64,000 nucleotides of DNA from the NCBI RefSeq assembly GCF_018977255.1, contig NW_024704743.1:63056001-63120000 (forward strand), in the 5' to 3' direction. Position 1 is the stretch's first letter; every line of letters starts with the position of its first letter. The notes under the pieces were generated by a model. The model was given only the letters and a program-made list of their open reading frames with translations, did not search any database and was not told the DNA's origin. This DNA is from Callorhinchus milii (lineage: Eukaryota). Both the position numbers and the translations under genes were made by a program. This document shows positions 1 to 12,990 of the stretch, one piece after another.

Positions 1-1343
1 AAGCCTGTTAAATCATCCCCTGCTGCACCTCTTCTCAAACAAAGCTGAACAAACATTCCTCTTCTTTGTGTTTACCTGAACCTGCACTCAGCTGTTTTTG
101 ACACAATGCCAGACTCTAATGCCCTGCCTCACAAAAGAAGACAAGTCTGTGGGCTGCAGCATCTGCTAATGCCTTGATGTGGTGGGGCGGTTCTCTTGCC
201 TCGCTTTCTCCGTCCGTCTACCTCCTTTCATTTCCTACTCCCAAGAGCCACAGGTCATAAGTCACAGGCTGGACAGTCCCGTGTCTCTGGCTTGCATGTC
301 ACCCACAAAATACAGTAATCAACTTTACAGTATATCCTGTAAAGCGCTGTAAGACGCTATATCAAATGCAAGGATTATTATTATTATCATTATTGTTATT
401 ATTATCCTTACATTACATGAGCACACGTAGCTCAAAAAGCTGAAGTACCCACGTTCCCTTCCTTCTGGAAAATACAAGGCAAATTGCATTTTTTCCCTCT
501 CTAGATGCTAATTCTGATTTCAGCTTTGCCAGGAGCGTGACGCACCTGCCTATTAGGAGTTCATGTTTGTCTGTGTAAGTGCTCCTCCAGTAAGGTGATA
601 CTACTACTATATTTACATCCCTTCCACATTTAGACAAAGGCTATTTTGGAGCTGCCTGCTATTTGCAGAGCTGCCTACGCCACTTCAGGTCCACGTGCAC
701 TGTACACATTACAAACAGGTTATTTTTATTTACTGTCTACACGAGGCAGAGGAGAGGATTGGCTTGAGAGACACGGTGTATTGAAGTGCAGGGTGCTTGG
801 CTGCTGGGCTCAGCATGTTTAGCAGAAGCCAAGCCCTCGCTGACTGTGTTTTCGACCTGTCAGGTCCAAGCAGTTCTTTCTCCTAAACAGACAGCCCTTC
901 CTGCTGCTGCCTTTGCTGTGACTCTGGAGGGCTGACAGTTGCTGCCACATAATCAACGATACAAAAGCAGTTTCCTGGAAAGACTGAACGAGGGTAATCT
1001 GCATAAATCCTCTCATTGCCTGATCCTTTCCAGGAGTTATAGGCACAATCCGGTCTCTCACAGGGTGTCACTTTCACTGTTAATGATTCCAATTCTCCTC
1101 ATTTCACTTCTTCTGATGTTATTTAAGCTGCTCGTTTCCTTTCATCGTCAGGCTGCAAACAAACTGACCACTTTTTCCATTTCATGCCTATCTGCCATGA
1201 CTTGTTCTTATTTCTGCCATTGTTTGCACAGGGTTTTGTTTGACTGTGCACCTTTCTTATTTTCTCTCCCCTTGTATGAGGTCTCATGTCCTGTTACTGG
1301 TAGCATTGGGCCTTCCGCAATGAGAAGAAGGTCTTGAAGAGGC

Positions 1344-1720
1344 AATAATAATAATAATAATCCTTGCATTTGATATAGCACCTTATCACATGGTCGAGAT
1401 GTCTCAAAGCGTTTCACAGAATATACTGTAAAGTGAATTGACTGTGTATCTTATGGGTGAAACGTGGCAGTCAATTGCACACAGCAGTGTCCCACAAATA
1501 GTGGTGGATTGGTGAGTGACCAAATTATTATTATTATCCCTTTTTTTTGAAGGGATTATTAAACCCGGAAAAGCGATCCGCCAATTGACTAACAACCAGA
1601 ATTCTACTTACTGCTAAATAAACAGAGGTGTGTGAAGTAAGGAAACTTGCCTAAGGTTTCTCTCTACCCAGGAATCGAAGCAGGGTCCTCTTGCTTGCTA
1701 ACCACTACACCATGGGACTC
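1344..1720 (-). mobile_element. SINE, long subfamily
   Basis: Tail, Deu core, internal segment and decayed head. Confidence 0.85.
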
Positions 1721-4700
1721 CACAGTATGGTGGGATAGGTTGGGGCGGGGGTTACACCATGTCCTCTCACTGACTGGGGGTGTAAATAGTTGTGCTGCTG
1801 TTATCATGGCTCAGTATTGTGACTGAGGAAGTTGTCTGGTTTGCCACATGTTCTCAAGCGGAAGTCTATCTAACACCCAGCCCTTTCTTTCTCTTCCTCT
1901 CAGGGTCAGTAATGTCTGTAATGATTCTGTAAAGCACTTCAAGACAAACTGCACTGTCAATCCGACTGCCCTGCCCTATCCCCGTTCTATTTCAAAGTAT
2001 GTCAACATATTTTACATTGTATCTATCATTACTTTGCCACAAAATTTTACCTGCTGAGTCGATTCTGTACATGTGAACACAATTCTAATCCCAAACGTTG
2101 TAATGAATCCAGTTACTACAACACAGTGTACTCCATTCTGCAGTGCAATACATACAGTGTGGTCTATAAATACCTTACTTTTTCATATTGCTTTATTTTA
2201 CAATAGGTGTTATAACAGATGTTGGATTATGAAACGAGCTTGGGATTTACAGATGCCATCTTATTTTTATGGTGTCTGCCATGCACTGTGTTTTTGACAG
2301 CAATAAACAAGTCAAACAAAATGCTGGGCCGTATTGTTAAATCAGTTGGGAGCTCAGATCCCTAGAAGTCGTACTTAAGCTTTATAGTGCTTTAGTTGGG
2401 CCGCACCTAGGTTACCGAATTCAGTTCTGGTCTCCACGATATGAGCAGAGGCTCCAGAGTCATTGACAAACTTGTATACCCCTAATAATGTCCACTCTGA
2501 GACATCTCCTTTCAAGACTGAAGATTGAAAAGCTCTGAAGCAGCCAGTTTTGTGTCAGGAGAGACCTGAAAAGTGTTGAGACAAACAGCAGAGTGGAGGA
2601 CATTAGGCTGGAAGCCAGCCCATCAGCACACGTCTTATGTTTGCCTTCAGCGCCCGAACCTGTTGCCATGGGGATCATTTAGTTCTAATTATATCACATA
2701 TTGGTTTGTAAAGGCCCCAGCAGAGAAGGGAATTTGGAAAATTGGGGAAACTGTGAGTACACAGATAGTACACTGGAGAGATTTTGAAAGCCACTCAAAA
2801 CCTATCCTGTTGTAACTTCATCTCATTCACTCTATCTTCTGGAGAATTATTCTCCATTTACACTGATTGCCAAAATTGATCAAAAAAGAGAACAGTTTTT
2901 CTTTGTGTCCTGACCAACAATTCCCGAAATAAAACACTCATTTGTTTCATGGCTGTTTGTAGGACATTGCCATGCACAAATCAGCTGCTGCTTTCACCCA
3001 CAGAACACAGTTACTCCATTTTACAGTATATCCTGTTAAACACTTTAGGATGTCCTCGACATGAAAGGAGTTTTACCAAATGGAAAGATTATTACAACAA
3101 TGACAACAACTTGCATTTACATAGAACCCTTCACTCAGATAACAATGGAGGACATTGGCTGGAAGCCAGCGCATTATAATAATAATAAAAATAAGAAGAC
3201 AATTCCCAGCTTACTTATCCATCTCCACATGTCCCTATTGAAAACGTAGACTCATTCCCTCCTCAGAAAGTATTCCTTTCTTTCCAGCCGCAGTAGCTCG
3301 CAAACCATTATCTAATTGCCTGATTCTGTTCCCAAAACAGATTTTATCTGTCTGTTTTGGAGGAGGTTTATTGTAGTTCCTTAGTTCCTAAAAAGAAAGA
3401 ATGAAGGGGCAAGGGACATGACTGTTAGAGAAGGTGAATTCTCCCCTCCAGGTCTTCAATGTTGTATATCTTGATTTACATGGTCAATTTTGGAGGGTAT
3501 ATTCATAGGTGAATACGGCAGCCCAATTGCATACAGCAATGTCCCACAAGCTGCCATGAAACAAATGATTAATTTTATCTGGGGCATTGTTGACCAGATT
3601 GTGGGGAGATTAATGACAGAGCTTACTTTTACCACCCACTGTCCAGCTTCCATCTCTTATCTTGTGTAGTGAAACAGATACCTATAAAATACATATTTAT
3701 ATGTGGGTTTCTGACTGTCTGCAATAGAGATGTATATTGAGTCATCCTAAGACTATTTATTACAGTCCTTTGAAGTTTATGTACCATCATTTATAGATAT
3801 TCAATGGATTATTGCCAATGGAGATAAGATCACCTTTTTTTTAAATTCCCTTTGATTTTGGTAAATTTGAATGAAGTCATCCTGTCCTTCCTAAATGCGT
3901 ACTTTTGTTTACTCATCACTTCTGTCTTCTTTCCGAATGAATGAGTCTCATGCCTACTCCGTCACTGTGCTTTATTTAAGAGGTAGCTACAAACCTAGCA
4001 GATTTAATGTACCTGCTCCTTGAACTATTAAAGTATGCCAAACATGAAGCAAATTGCAGCACTACATTATTTTTTCTTAATTGGGAATTATTCCTGTATT
4101 GGTTAGGTACTAGTTAGAGATCTGCTTGCGGTTAGAGCCATTGATGGTAAAGCACCATTTATCCACATGACATCTTTTCTGTAGACTGCTGTCTTTTTAT
4201 AGCCCAAGTAAGCCTTTGAAACCTCAAAGCCGATTTTGTTTTGAAGTGGAGAACCACGCTACCGCCTGAGCAAAGAGTTCTTCAGCCTATTTCAGTTAAA
4301 TATCCTTGAAATATAATTTGTCGATCCTAATAGGATGTCTTTAGATTATCTTTTACAGAAACAAATGGTGATAGTAACAACAAAATACACGGTAACTAGG
4401 AAATCCTAGGAAGCGTTTTGAGACAACCGGCCTCCCTGATGTGAAAGGGGCTATGTCTAATGTAAGGCAAATTAAATTGAACGGTGTCTCTCAGTGCACT
4501 GTAGATGCAGAATCTGTTCTATTGGTTTTAGAACAATTTAATTTATCTAAGACAACCAACTCCCAGACCACTCCCCCCCACCCACTCTACTTCGGGAAAT
4601 ATACTCTACATTATGTACAGGACATGCATAGCATACTGTCAATTCACTTTACAGTATATTCTGTGAAGCACTTTGAGATGTCTTGGAGATGTATTAAGGC

Positions 4701-5696
4701 CCTATATCAAATGCAAGGATTATTATTATTATTATTTCAGAGTCCTGGCTGCCCGAGAAAATCTGTACTCCCTGGACTGGCTAGTCTTTAAGTTTCCTGC
4801 TGAAACACTATGATGCTAAAACAAACCCTAATATCACAGTAACAACCCTACTCAGAAGTCAGTAATAGCTTTTCTCACAATAGAATTCATATGAGTTTCC
4901 TATAATTAACATAATTTCAAATGAAATTAGGTAACGTTTTAATGGGGAAGTGTAATCTGCTGAATTACCCCATATTCCTCTGAGTGGTAAAATTCGAGAA
5001 GCTACCCTGTGTGAGGGGTGCTGTAGAAATGCAAGTTGTTTTTTTACAGCAACCTCAGACGCAGTACATTAATAATAATTATTGGATTTGACATAGGGTT
5101 AATAATATCAAAACATCTCAGAGAGCTTCACAGGGAATTTCTGTGAATTGTACAGTAGTGACTCTATATTTGTAGGCAAACTCAGCGGCCAAATTGCACA
5201 CAGCAGTGTCCCACTAATAGCCATGACGTGGATGATCACGTTCTGTTTGAATGGAATCTTTAACCTGACCTGAACAGGCAGCGTGTCCTCTAGGTTTAAC
5301 ATTGTGCTCCCAGAAGTGCACTGTGTAAGCCGAGACCGTGGTGAACTGGAGGGACGTGAAGAACCATTAAGTTAGTGCTGAACTATTATTACTGGGCAAT
5401 TGGAAAGTTTAATTCAAGGTTTTATTAATTTTTGAAGATGTATAAAACTAAAAATACCGAATAAATGATATCATACAATGCGATTTTGAGTCAGCTTTGG
5501 TTTTGCTATGAAATTTGAGATGTAAGATGTTGTGTAGTGAATTTGATCCTTGTTGTAATGAACCAGAATTTATGTAAATGCGTACGATACATCAGTGTAT
5601 TGTGCTCTTAATCAATTATCTCTGAGGTCTGAAAAGCCACATGCTGGGTGGATTCCATTTCATCCTGTCAATCACTCACTTCACCTAATGTCCTGT

Positions 5697-6090
5697 CAGT
5701 TTGGCTCAGTTGGTAGCACTCTGGCTTTTGGGCCAGAAGGTTATGAGTTCAAGCTACACGTTGGGACTTGAGCTCGTAGTCTTACACTGACACTCCAGGG
5801 AAGAACTGCATTGTCAGAGGTGTTGCCTTTCAGATGAAACATTAAACCACCGCCCTGTCTGTCTGTCCTTGGGTTAGAGCTGACAATCCAATCACTTTAT
5901 CTGAAGGGAGAGAGGATGTTCTCCTGGTGTCTTGGTCAACAATCCTCCAAGTTATTGGTCATTCACCTCACAGCTCTTTGTGGGATCTTCCTGGTACAAA
6001 CTTTTGCTTACAAAAATAACTCATCCATTTGACAATAATTATATGTGAAGCACTTTGACTTGTTCCACTTCTTAAAAAAATGCAAATTCT
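5697..6090 (+). mobile_element. Older Deu-domain SINE of a different family (SacSINE1/AmnSINE1-like); related copies at about 10555-10850, 36990-37265 (minus) and 60050-60430
   Basis: Head tggctcagttggtagcactc..gagttcaagc and body gcctttcagatgaaacattaaacc. The family name is from memory, not from a search. Confidence 0.65.
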
Positions 6091-6153
6091 TCCCCTCTCT
6101 ACATTCTAAAGGCAAACTGGGCCTTTTATACCTATTCTGACACAAAGTTGTAT

Positions 6154-6612
6154 CAACAACAACTTGCACTTATATAGCACCCTTCACGCAGTGTAGCGTC
6201 TCAGAGCACTTAACAGTGGCGGAGCCTGACTCCAAGCCCAGGGAAGGGGGGAAGGGGGAAAGTGGCTGTAAGCACGATCAAACACGAAAGTTTTCAGGCG
6301 GGACTTGAAAGAGAGGAGAGGGGGGGCAAGGTGGAAGGATTGAGGGAGAGTTTACCAGAGTTTTAGGGCACAGTGGCTGAAAGCGCAACCTCAGATATGG
6401 GGCGGAAGGTGCGAGGATCGAGCAGGAGGCCGGTGCCAGTTGAGCGGAGGTGCCGGATGGTGGATTGAGGAGTGAGGAAGTCAGAGAGGTAGGGAGATGT
6501 CAGGGAGTGAAGGGATTTGAACATGAGATTGAGGATCTTGAAGTCGATCCGTTCGGTGATGGGGAGCCAGTGGGGCCTGGCCAGAACTGGTGAGATGTGA
6601 CCAGGCTCCACT
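6154..6612 (-). mobile_element. L2 LINE 3' fragment
   Basis: HISPVLARPHWLPITERIDFKIL; tail caacaacaacttgcacttatatagc. Confidence 0.88.
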
Positions 6613-9600
6613 GGCTTCTCATCACCGAATGGATCGACTTTTATTCAGTATCAAGCTGAATAAAAGATAAATACAGCAGGCCAACCACCACAAAGGAATC
6701 AGATTTTTGCTAATGCAATGTGACAGGCCTCCTTGCGCTGCTGGTATTTTCTGTTTTGTCCGATGAGAATGGCATGAGACAAATGTGCCTGAATTATAAT
6801 CCAGTGGTACTACAAATGAATGGATCAGCTTTAATTGCAAAATAGTGTTTGCGCAAATGCTTGAAATTCATCCTGCGCCCAATATTTTGCTGCAACCAGT
6901 AAGGGCATTTTTAATGTTTCCTTTACTGGGTAACACTGGGCTCGGAACTGTTCTTGGACACTGCTCTGCACAACCGCCTGCTGCATTTCACCCACAAAAT
7001 ACACAGTCAATGCACTTTACAATATATTCTGTAAGACGCTTTGACATGCCTCAACAACTTGCTATATCATATGCAAGGATTATGCCTATTGTTATTATTA
7101 CAACTCCTAGGATGCCAGATGGTCAAGAGCAATATCAGTCTCTCTGATCCAGCCATTTTTTAAAATGCTTTTTCAGCTACCCTTTACAACCCTGAACTTA
7201 TGCGCTCTTGTCCTGCTACCTTGGGTGCTGGAAAGTGTTGTTCTGGGTTTATTTTCTCACTCCCATTTCGAATATCACAAACCTCTAAAAGATCACCTTT
7301 GAGGCATCTCTTTTCAAGGTTCATGAGCCCTGGGTTAACTTGATCTCATTCTTACAGAAAACACACCCTACCAGCCTCCCATTACATCATTACGCTGTTT
7401 CTTAAGTGTCCTGTCTCAATCACACTTTCTGGTAATCTGTTATAACTGTTACTTACCCTATGTGTAAAGATAAACTTCCTGATGTCTGACCTACAGTTAC
7501 CCTTCATGGTCCTGAACACGTGCCCTCTTGGACTCTGAAAGTATTGTTTACTGTCTTTAACCGCTTTAGCATCTTATATACCAATTATGTGTCTTCTCAG
7601 GATCCAGTTATAATTAATTTATTTAGTCATTTGACATATTATCAGGTTGATGTGAATATATAGAGTGTTTTATCTTCCTCTTTATCAGTCATTATTTGGC
7701 CACAATCAGCCCCCTGCTTTTAACTTCGCTCTCTTCTCAGACCCCTCTCTTTGCAAAGATTTTGATGCCTACTGGAGAGGAGAGTGATAACTTTGCAATA
7801 GTCATTAAGGCAGGAGAGGTGTGCCCTCTTCCCTATCAATGTTTTTAGATCAATTAACCTTCCCAGTGAATATCAGAAGAAATACAGCTACTTATTAATG
7901 TTTTAAATTGTATTGTTTTGAATAATTAATGGCGAATGGCCGATGAGACATATTCCTGGCAGATCATAGAATTCCCACATTCAGATTAAACTCGAACAGT
8001 TCCCAGTTCACATTTACAAGAAGTTTGATGAATTATACAGGAGTGGAAAAGATCCTAATTTCACCTAACTGGGCATTTCCAACGATCTTCCTTGCACACA
8101 TTTGTCTCCTAATTACATGAGAAATCTTGGATACTGGAATTCTGGGACAACAATGGAAAAAATGCTAGAATGCTTTCAGCCTCTGAAAGAGAAAGACAGA
8201 TTAACACTTTGAATGTGATCCTTCAGAACTTGATTCAGTTCCATAGCGACCTGAAAGGTCTATAATGTGTGTATGGATATGCATAACATGTATAGTACAT
8301 CAATAATAATAACTTTTTCAATAATTACAATAATAATAACCCTTGCATTTGTTTTAGCACCTTATCACAACTTCAAGACATCTCAAAGCGCTTCACAGAT
8401 TATACTGTAAAGTGAATTGACTGTATATTGCGGGCAAAACGCGGCAATCAATTGTGCACAGCAGTGTCTCACGAACAGTCGTGGATTGAATGACCAATTT
8501 ATTATTTTTTTAATAATATAATAATAATTTGTGAGGACATCTCAAAGCACTTCACAGAATTCCCTGTGAAATCTGTAAAGTGTAGTATCTGTGTTTCTAT
8601 AGGCAAATGCTGGATGTCTTTGTGCAATACATGAGCAATAAGAATAATTGTACACATATATACAGTAGAAGGTAATGTGCATCCCATTTTGCCACACTGC
8701 ATGTAGATAATTCATCTTGTTCATGCATGGCTATAGATCAGTCACTCGAGTTCAGCATTAACACTATCATTTGCTATGAAGTGCTGTCTTTATAATCCTT
8801 TTGGATTACAGGCACCTCAGGCTACGTTTTGAAACTTCATAATGAACCAATGGCATAAATCACTAATGTCACTACAAGTCAGAGGGGTTTCGTATATATA
8901 CAAAAGCAGCATTAATGGCTGCTTTTTTGCATGGTGTATTCCTGCCCAATGTATCTTGCATCTGTTTTTTAAACTTGATGGTTTGAAGTACAATGAAACA
9001 CAGAACGTGGAACCATAAGCCAACTTCAAGAGTTTTTGGGGGAGAAAATCAGAGTGAAAAGCATGGCAGATACAGAGTAGTGTTTAAAACACGTGAGCAG
9101 CACAGTAATGAATCATACAATGGTACAGCATGGAAACAGCCCATTCAGCCCAGCCAGCCTGCACTGTTGTTTCCCTCCACATGAGACACCTAGTTTAATC
9201 CTTGTCCCCAAATCCTTTCATATTCATATTGTCAAGCATCTATCTAATTCCTTTTTTATACAAAAATATAGACTCTCTGCTTCAACAACTTGGGAATAAC
9301 ACTTATATTTTTATTTCAAGTAACTTATGAAACTGAGCACTGTGTAAGCAATACATATAATTCAAGTACACTAAAATCCAGATTGACAGTTGAGGATTGA
9401 ATAGTAAACCCTACCATCTATCTGAGAAAGTACAATTTATGTTACACACCCAGTAATCTCTGTCATTTCATATCCTTCCAATTCTATTCTAACGTGCAAT
9501 GGATTTTTAGATACTTCCAGAACTGAAGGCCAACTCATAGAATATAATCCAGCTCTAAGCCCAACTACATAGACCATACTACCTAACCAATCAGTGCCAG

Positions 9601-9721
9601 TGTTTATGTCTCACTTGAGGCTTCAACCCTTCTAACCACCTTTCCCATTACCTCTCTATTCCCTTCTCCCTCATCATGAGTTCAGAATTCTTGTCTCAAC
9701 CACAATTCCTGGCAACCTGTT

Positions 9722-9778
9722 CCAGTTGTTAAAACACCTCTGCCAGTTGTTAAAACAGCTTTTCCAGTTGTTGATAAA
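9722..9778 (+). repeat. 21-bp tandem repeat, about 2.7 copies (ccagttgttaaaaca-ctytk)
   Basis: Units start at 9722, 9743 and 9764, at the junction of two oppositely oriented CR1 fragments. Confidence 0.8.
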
Positions 9779-9879
9779 TAACAGTAGAACCTCTCGCAGC
9801 TATTGCCATTGGTTTTAACAGCAAATGGCTATTTTAGGGCAGATACCAGGAAGTATTTCTTTATCCAAATGGTAATTGT

Positions 9880-10207
9880 GGAGTCCTGTAGCTCAGTCGT
9901 AAGAGCACTCGCTTTGCAAGTGAGAGACCTGAGTTCAATTCCAGGCAGGGCGAAACCTTGGGCAAGTTTCCTTACTCCACACAGAGCCTAATAATAATCC
10001 CTCCAAAACCAAAAACAATAATAAATTGGTCATTTTTAATCTACTACTGTTTGTGGGACACTGCTGTGCACAATTGGCTGCCGCGTTCGTCCACAAACAT
10101 ACAGTCAATTCACTTTATAGTGTGTTCTGTGAAGCGCTTTGGGACATCCTCCCAACATGAAAAGCGCTATATCAAATGCAAGGATTATTATTATTATTAT
10201 TATTATT
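9880..10207 (+). mobile_element. tRNA(Ala-TGC-like)-headed Deu-domain SINE, short young subfamily
   Basis: Head ggagtcctgtagctcagtcgtaagagc..ttgcaa..gagttcaattcc (A/B boxes); core tgtttgtgggacactgctgtgcacaattggctgcc; L2-like tail with (TTA)n. Confidence 0.9.
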
Positions 10208-12990
10208 AATTAATGACTGAAACAGATTGCCAGGAACGGTTGTTGAGGCAAGGACACTAGACTCATTNAAAAACAGCTTGATGCTTTGTGGGAAGTGGGT
10301 ATTCTGGAAGGTTGAGATTAAATGGGCAAAGGGCCTTCTTTATTCAAATCTCTCTTGTGATGTGATGTGATCTTGTGAAGACATTTCTGTTCACTCAGTG
10401 CCAGTTTACCTTCTCTCTATCAGTGCAGATATGATCGAGTGGAGAATTTCCCTGGAACAAGTGAACCTGTCACAAGAAACAAAAGTGGATGAAAAAAAGT
10501 TAGCCATTCTCAGATACTTGCCTTCTTTTTATCCTCTTGGATGTCGTTCATTAATCGAAAGTGGGATTTGTCTTTGGATGAGACATTAAACCAAAGTTAT
10601 GTCTGGCTGTTCAGGAAGATGCTAAAGATCCCATCTTCAAAAAAAGAAGGGTTTCTCTCAGTGTCCTGGCCAATAATCCCCCAGATAAAGTTGATCTTGC
10701 ACTCCGTGGCTGACTGTTGGACATTGCTGTGTGCAAATTGATTGCCGTATTCACTTTCAAAATACACATTCATTATACTGTACAGCAAATCCTGTAAAGT
10801 GCTTTGAGAAGTCCTTCTAATGTGGAATGTGCTAATATCAAAGGATTATTATCATTATTTTTGCTGTATTCATACTTAGAAATCTTCATTTACTTCTCAA
10901 CAAGATCATATTATATTGTGGTTAAATGTGAGATCCATAACTTCCACATAACTGAATTTAATAACTTGATGAACAAGTGTAAAACAAATCATACTTCAAA
11001 TAAACTTTGAGCATTTTCAATTTCTCTTCCCTTCATTTTGATCAACACATCAATGTTTATGACACCACTGAAACTGTTGTGGTATCGATTTCACAGTACA
11101 AATATTAAAAATGAAAGTGAACCTTCCAAATTAGCATTATTATATCACAAAAGTTTGCTGTGAATAGACAAATCCAATTAGCAGCAGTCAAGCTTGGGTA
11201 ATGCAGTAAATTCAGCATGTGCAGGCAGCCCAGTGAACATGAAATCACACTGCACAGCTTGTATGATTCATTCACTTCAGCTGTCAGTCTGCGGCCACTG
11301 GGAAGCAATATACCAGCCTTGTTCCTTCTCAGCCTCTCTTGCTTCATCTCACTTTTCACCATCTCTTCAACAACAACAAGCCCTTCTCGCAGGATAGAGT
11401 CTCGGAGCATTTGGAGTGCTCTTCCTCAGTAAACCTCGGGGGTGGAGGGGCTTACAGAGATGTATAAATGACATTGAGATGGTAAAGACAGAGTAATACT
11501 TTCAGATACTCCAAGGCAGTGGGGCAAGAGGGCACATGTTGTGAAGCGTAATTTCAGGACAAGCACTGGGAAGAATTTATTTATGTAGAGATTAATTAAT
11601 GATTGGAATAGGTTACCAGGAGGGGTGGTTGAGGTTGGGTGACTGGAAACATTTAAGGAATAACTAAATTTATCTAATTAAATTTCTATGGGAAGACAGT
11701 GAGGTCAAATGAACTGAAGGGTCTTCTTTATCCAAACTTCTCTTGTAATTTTATGATCTTGTGAGCTCCTTCTGGGTTCAAAGTAAATTTATTAAATTCA
11801 TTCTTTCTCAGGACTTCAATACTGTGGACTGCATCACTACCTCACTTGTTACTACAGCTCAGGACTTTTAAACACCAAGATCGCATAACCACTTACCATC
11901 ACTTAACCACTTAATTTGTCTCGTCGTCTCTCCTACTCTTTCAACATTCCTACTCTGGCGACTCTTTGCCTAGATTTTTCATGAAGAAACGCGTGACAAA
12001 TATTTGTGCCTCAAAAAGCTATTTCTTTAATGTTTAATGGAAGATTCAGAGGGCCATAACCACAACCTTCTGATTCAGAGTGCTACCAACTGAGCAAGTA
12101 CCAACGTATCTACAATTGTAAATACATAAATCTACAAGTCAGATGCTATCCGGGTAGCTCCACAGCTCATATTTGTTTCTTAGTTTCTCTTCTTGCATAT
12201 ATGTTGTGTATATGTGCTGTTTATATATGTGTGCATGTGTATGTGTCAGAGAGATCTGAGAATGTTTAGAGAATTGTATTGTTAACATAATGGGATCTAG
12301 CTTTGGTGCATATGTGTTACAATACAATCTTACGTTTACATAGTTTGCACGGAACAAAGTACTTAACAGTCCTGGCTCGAGGTAGAGCTGGGATTGAAGG
12401 CAAGGCACTCACCTGGAGCAGGGCTTTGAGACCTACAGACGAGGTGCATACCTGGAGCTCTTGTGCTCATGGCCTCCCGCAGCAGGCGCGTCTGGAGTGG
12501 GGATCGAGGACAACACCGGCGTGGGGTCTGAAGCCCCCCTCAACAATAACCAGATCCAATGCAGTGACCAAGGCCTGCCGGCGGTGCACGGAACCAACGT
12601 GGGATCCATGGCCTCGGCTGGCCCAGGCGACAACACGGCCATTTCAGAATCAACGAATTACCAGTAGGCTGCTGTGTGACGTCCCTTCCACTTGCCACAT
12701 TAAAAACTCTGAGTCTGGACTCACGATGACTACCACGATCACTATCCTTCATCTTCCCTCTTGCCTCGCAAGCGAGAGGACCTACGTTCGATTCCCGGCA
12801 GGACAAAATGTTGGGCAAGTTTCCTTACTCTACACGCCTCTGTTTATCTAGCAGTAAGTAGGAACCCAGTTGTTAATCGATTGGTGGATTGCTTTCCAGG
12901 GGTAACAATTCCTTAAAGAAAAATAATAATAATAATTTGATCACTCAATCCACGACAGTTTGTGGAACACTGCTGTGTGCAATTGGCTGC

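Noticed and set aside
9880..9955. tRNA-Ala(TGC)-like cloverleaf (also at about 19960-20038, 21160-21235, 22085-22158, 33140-33214 and 63935-64000)
   Set aside because: Every complete copy runs directly into a SINE body and tail and has an imperfect acceptor stem. These are SINE heads, not tRNA genes.
10268..10268. Single ambiguous base (n)
   Set aside because: Assembly ambiguity inside a CR1 fragment.
11105..11432. Overlapping ORFs of 67-101 aa in unique sequence
   Set aside because: No recognisable homology and no clear splice sites.
12590..12610. GTNVGS peptide identical to human SEC61B residues 8-13
   Set aside because: A six-residue match with no flanking similarity, and the local SEC61B reads STNVGV. 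Treated as coincidence.
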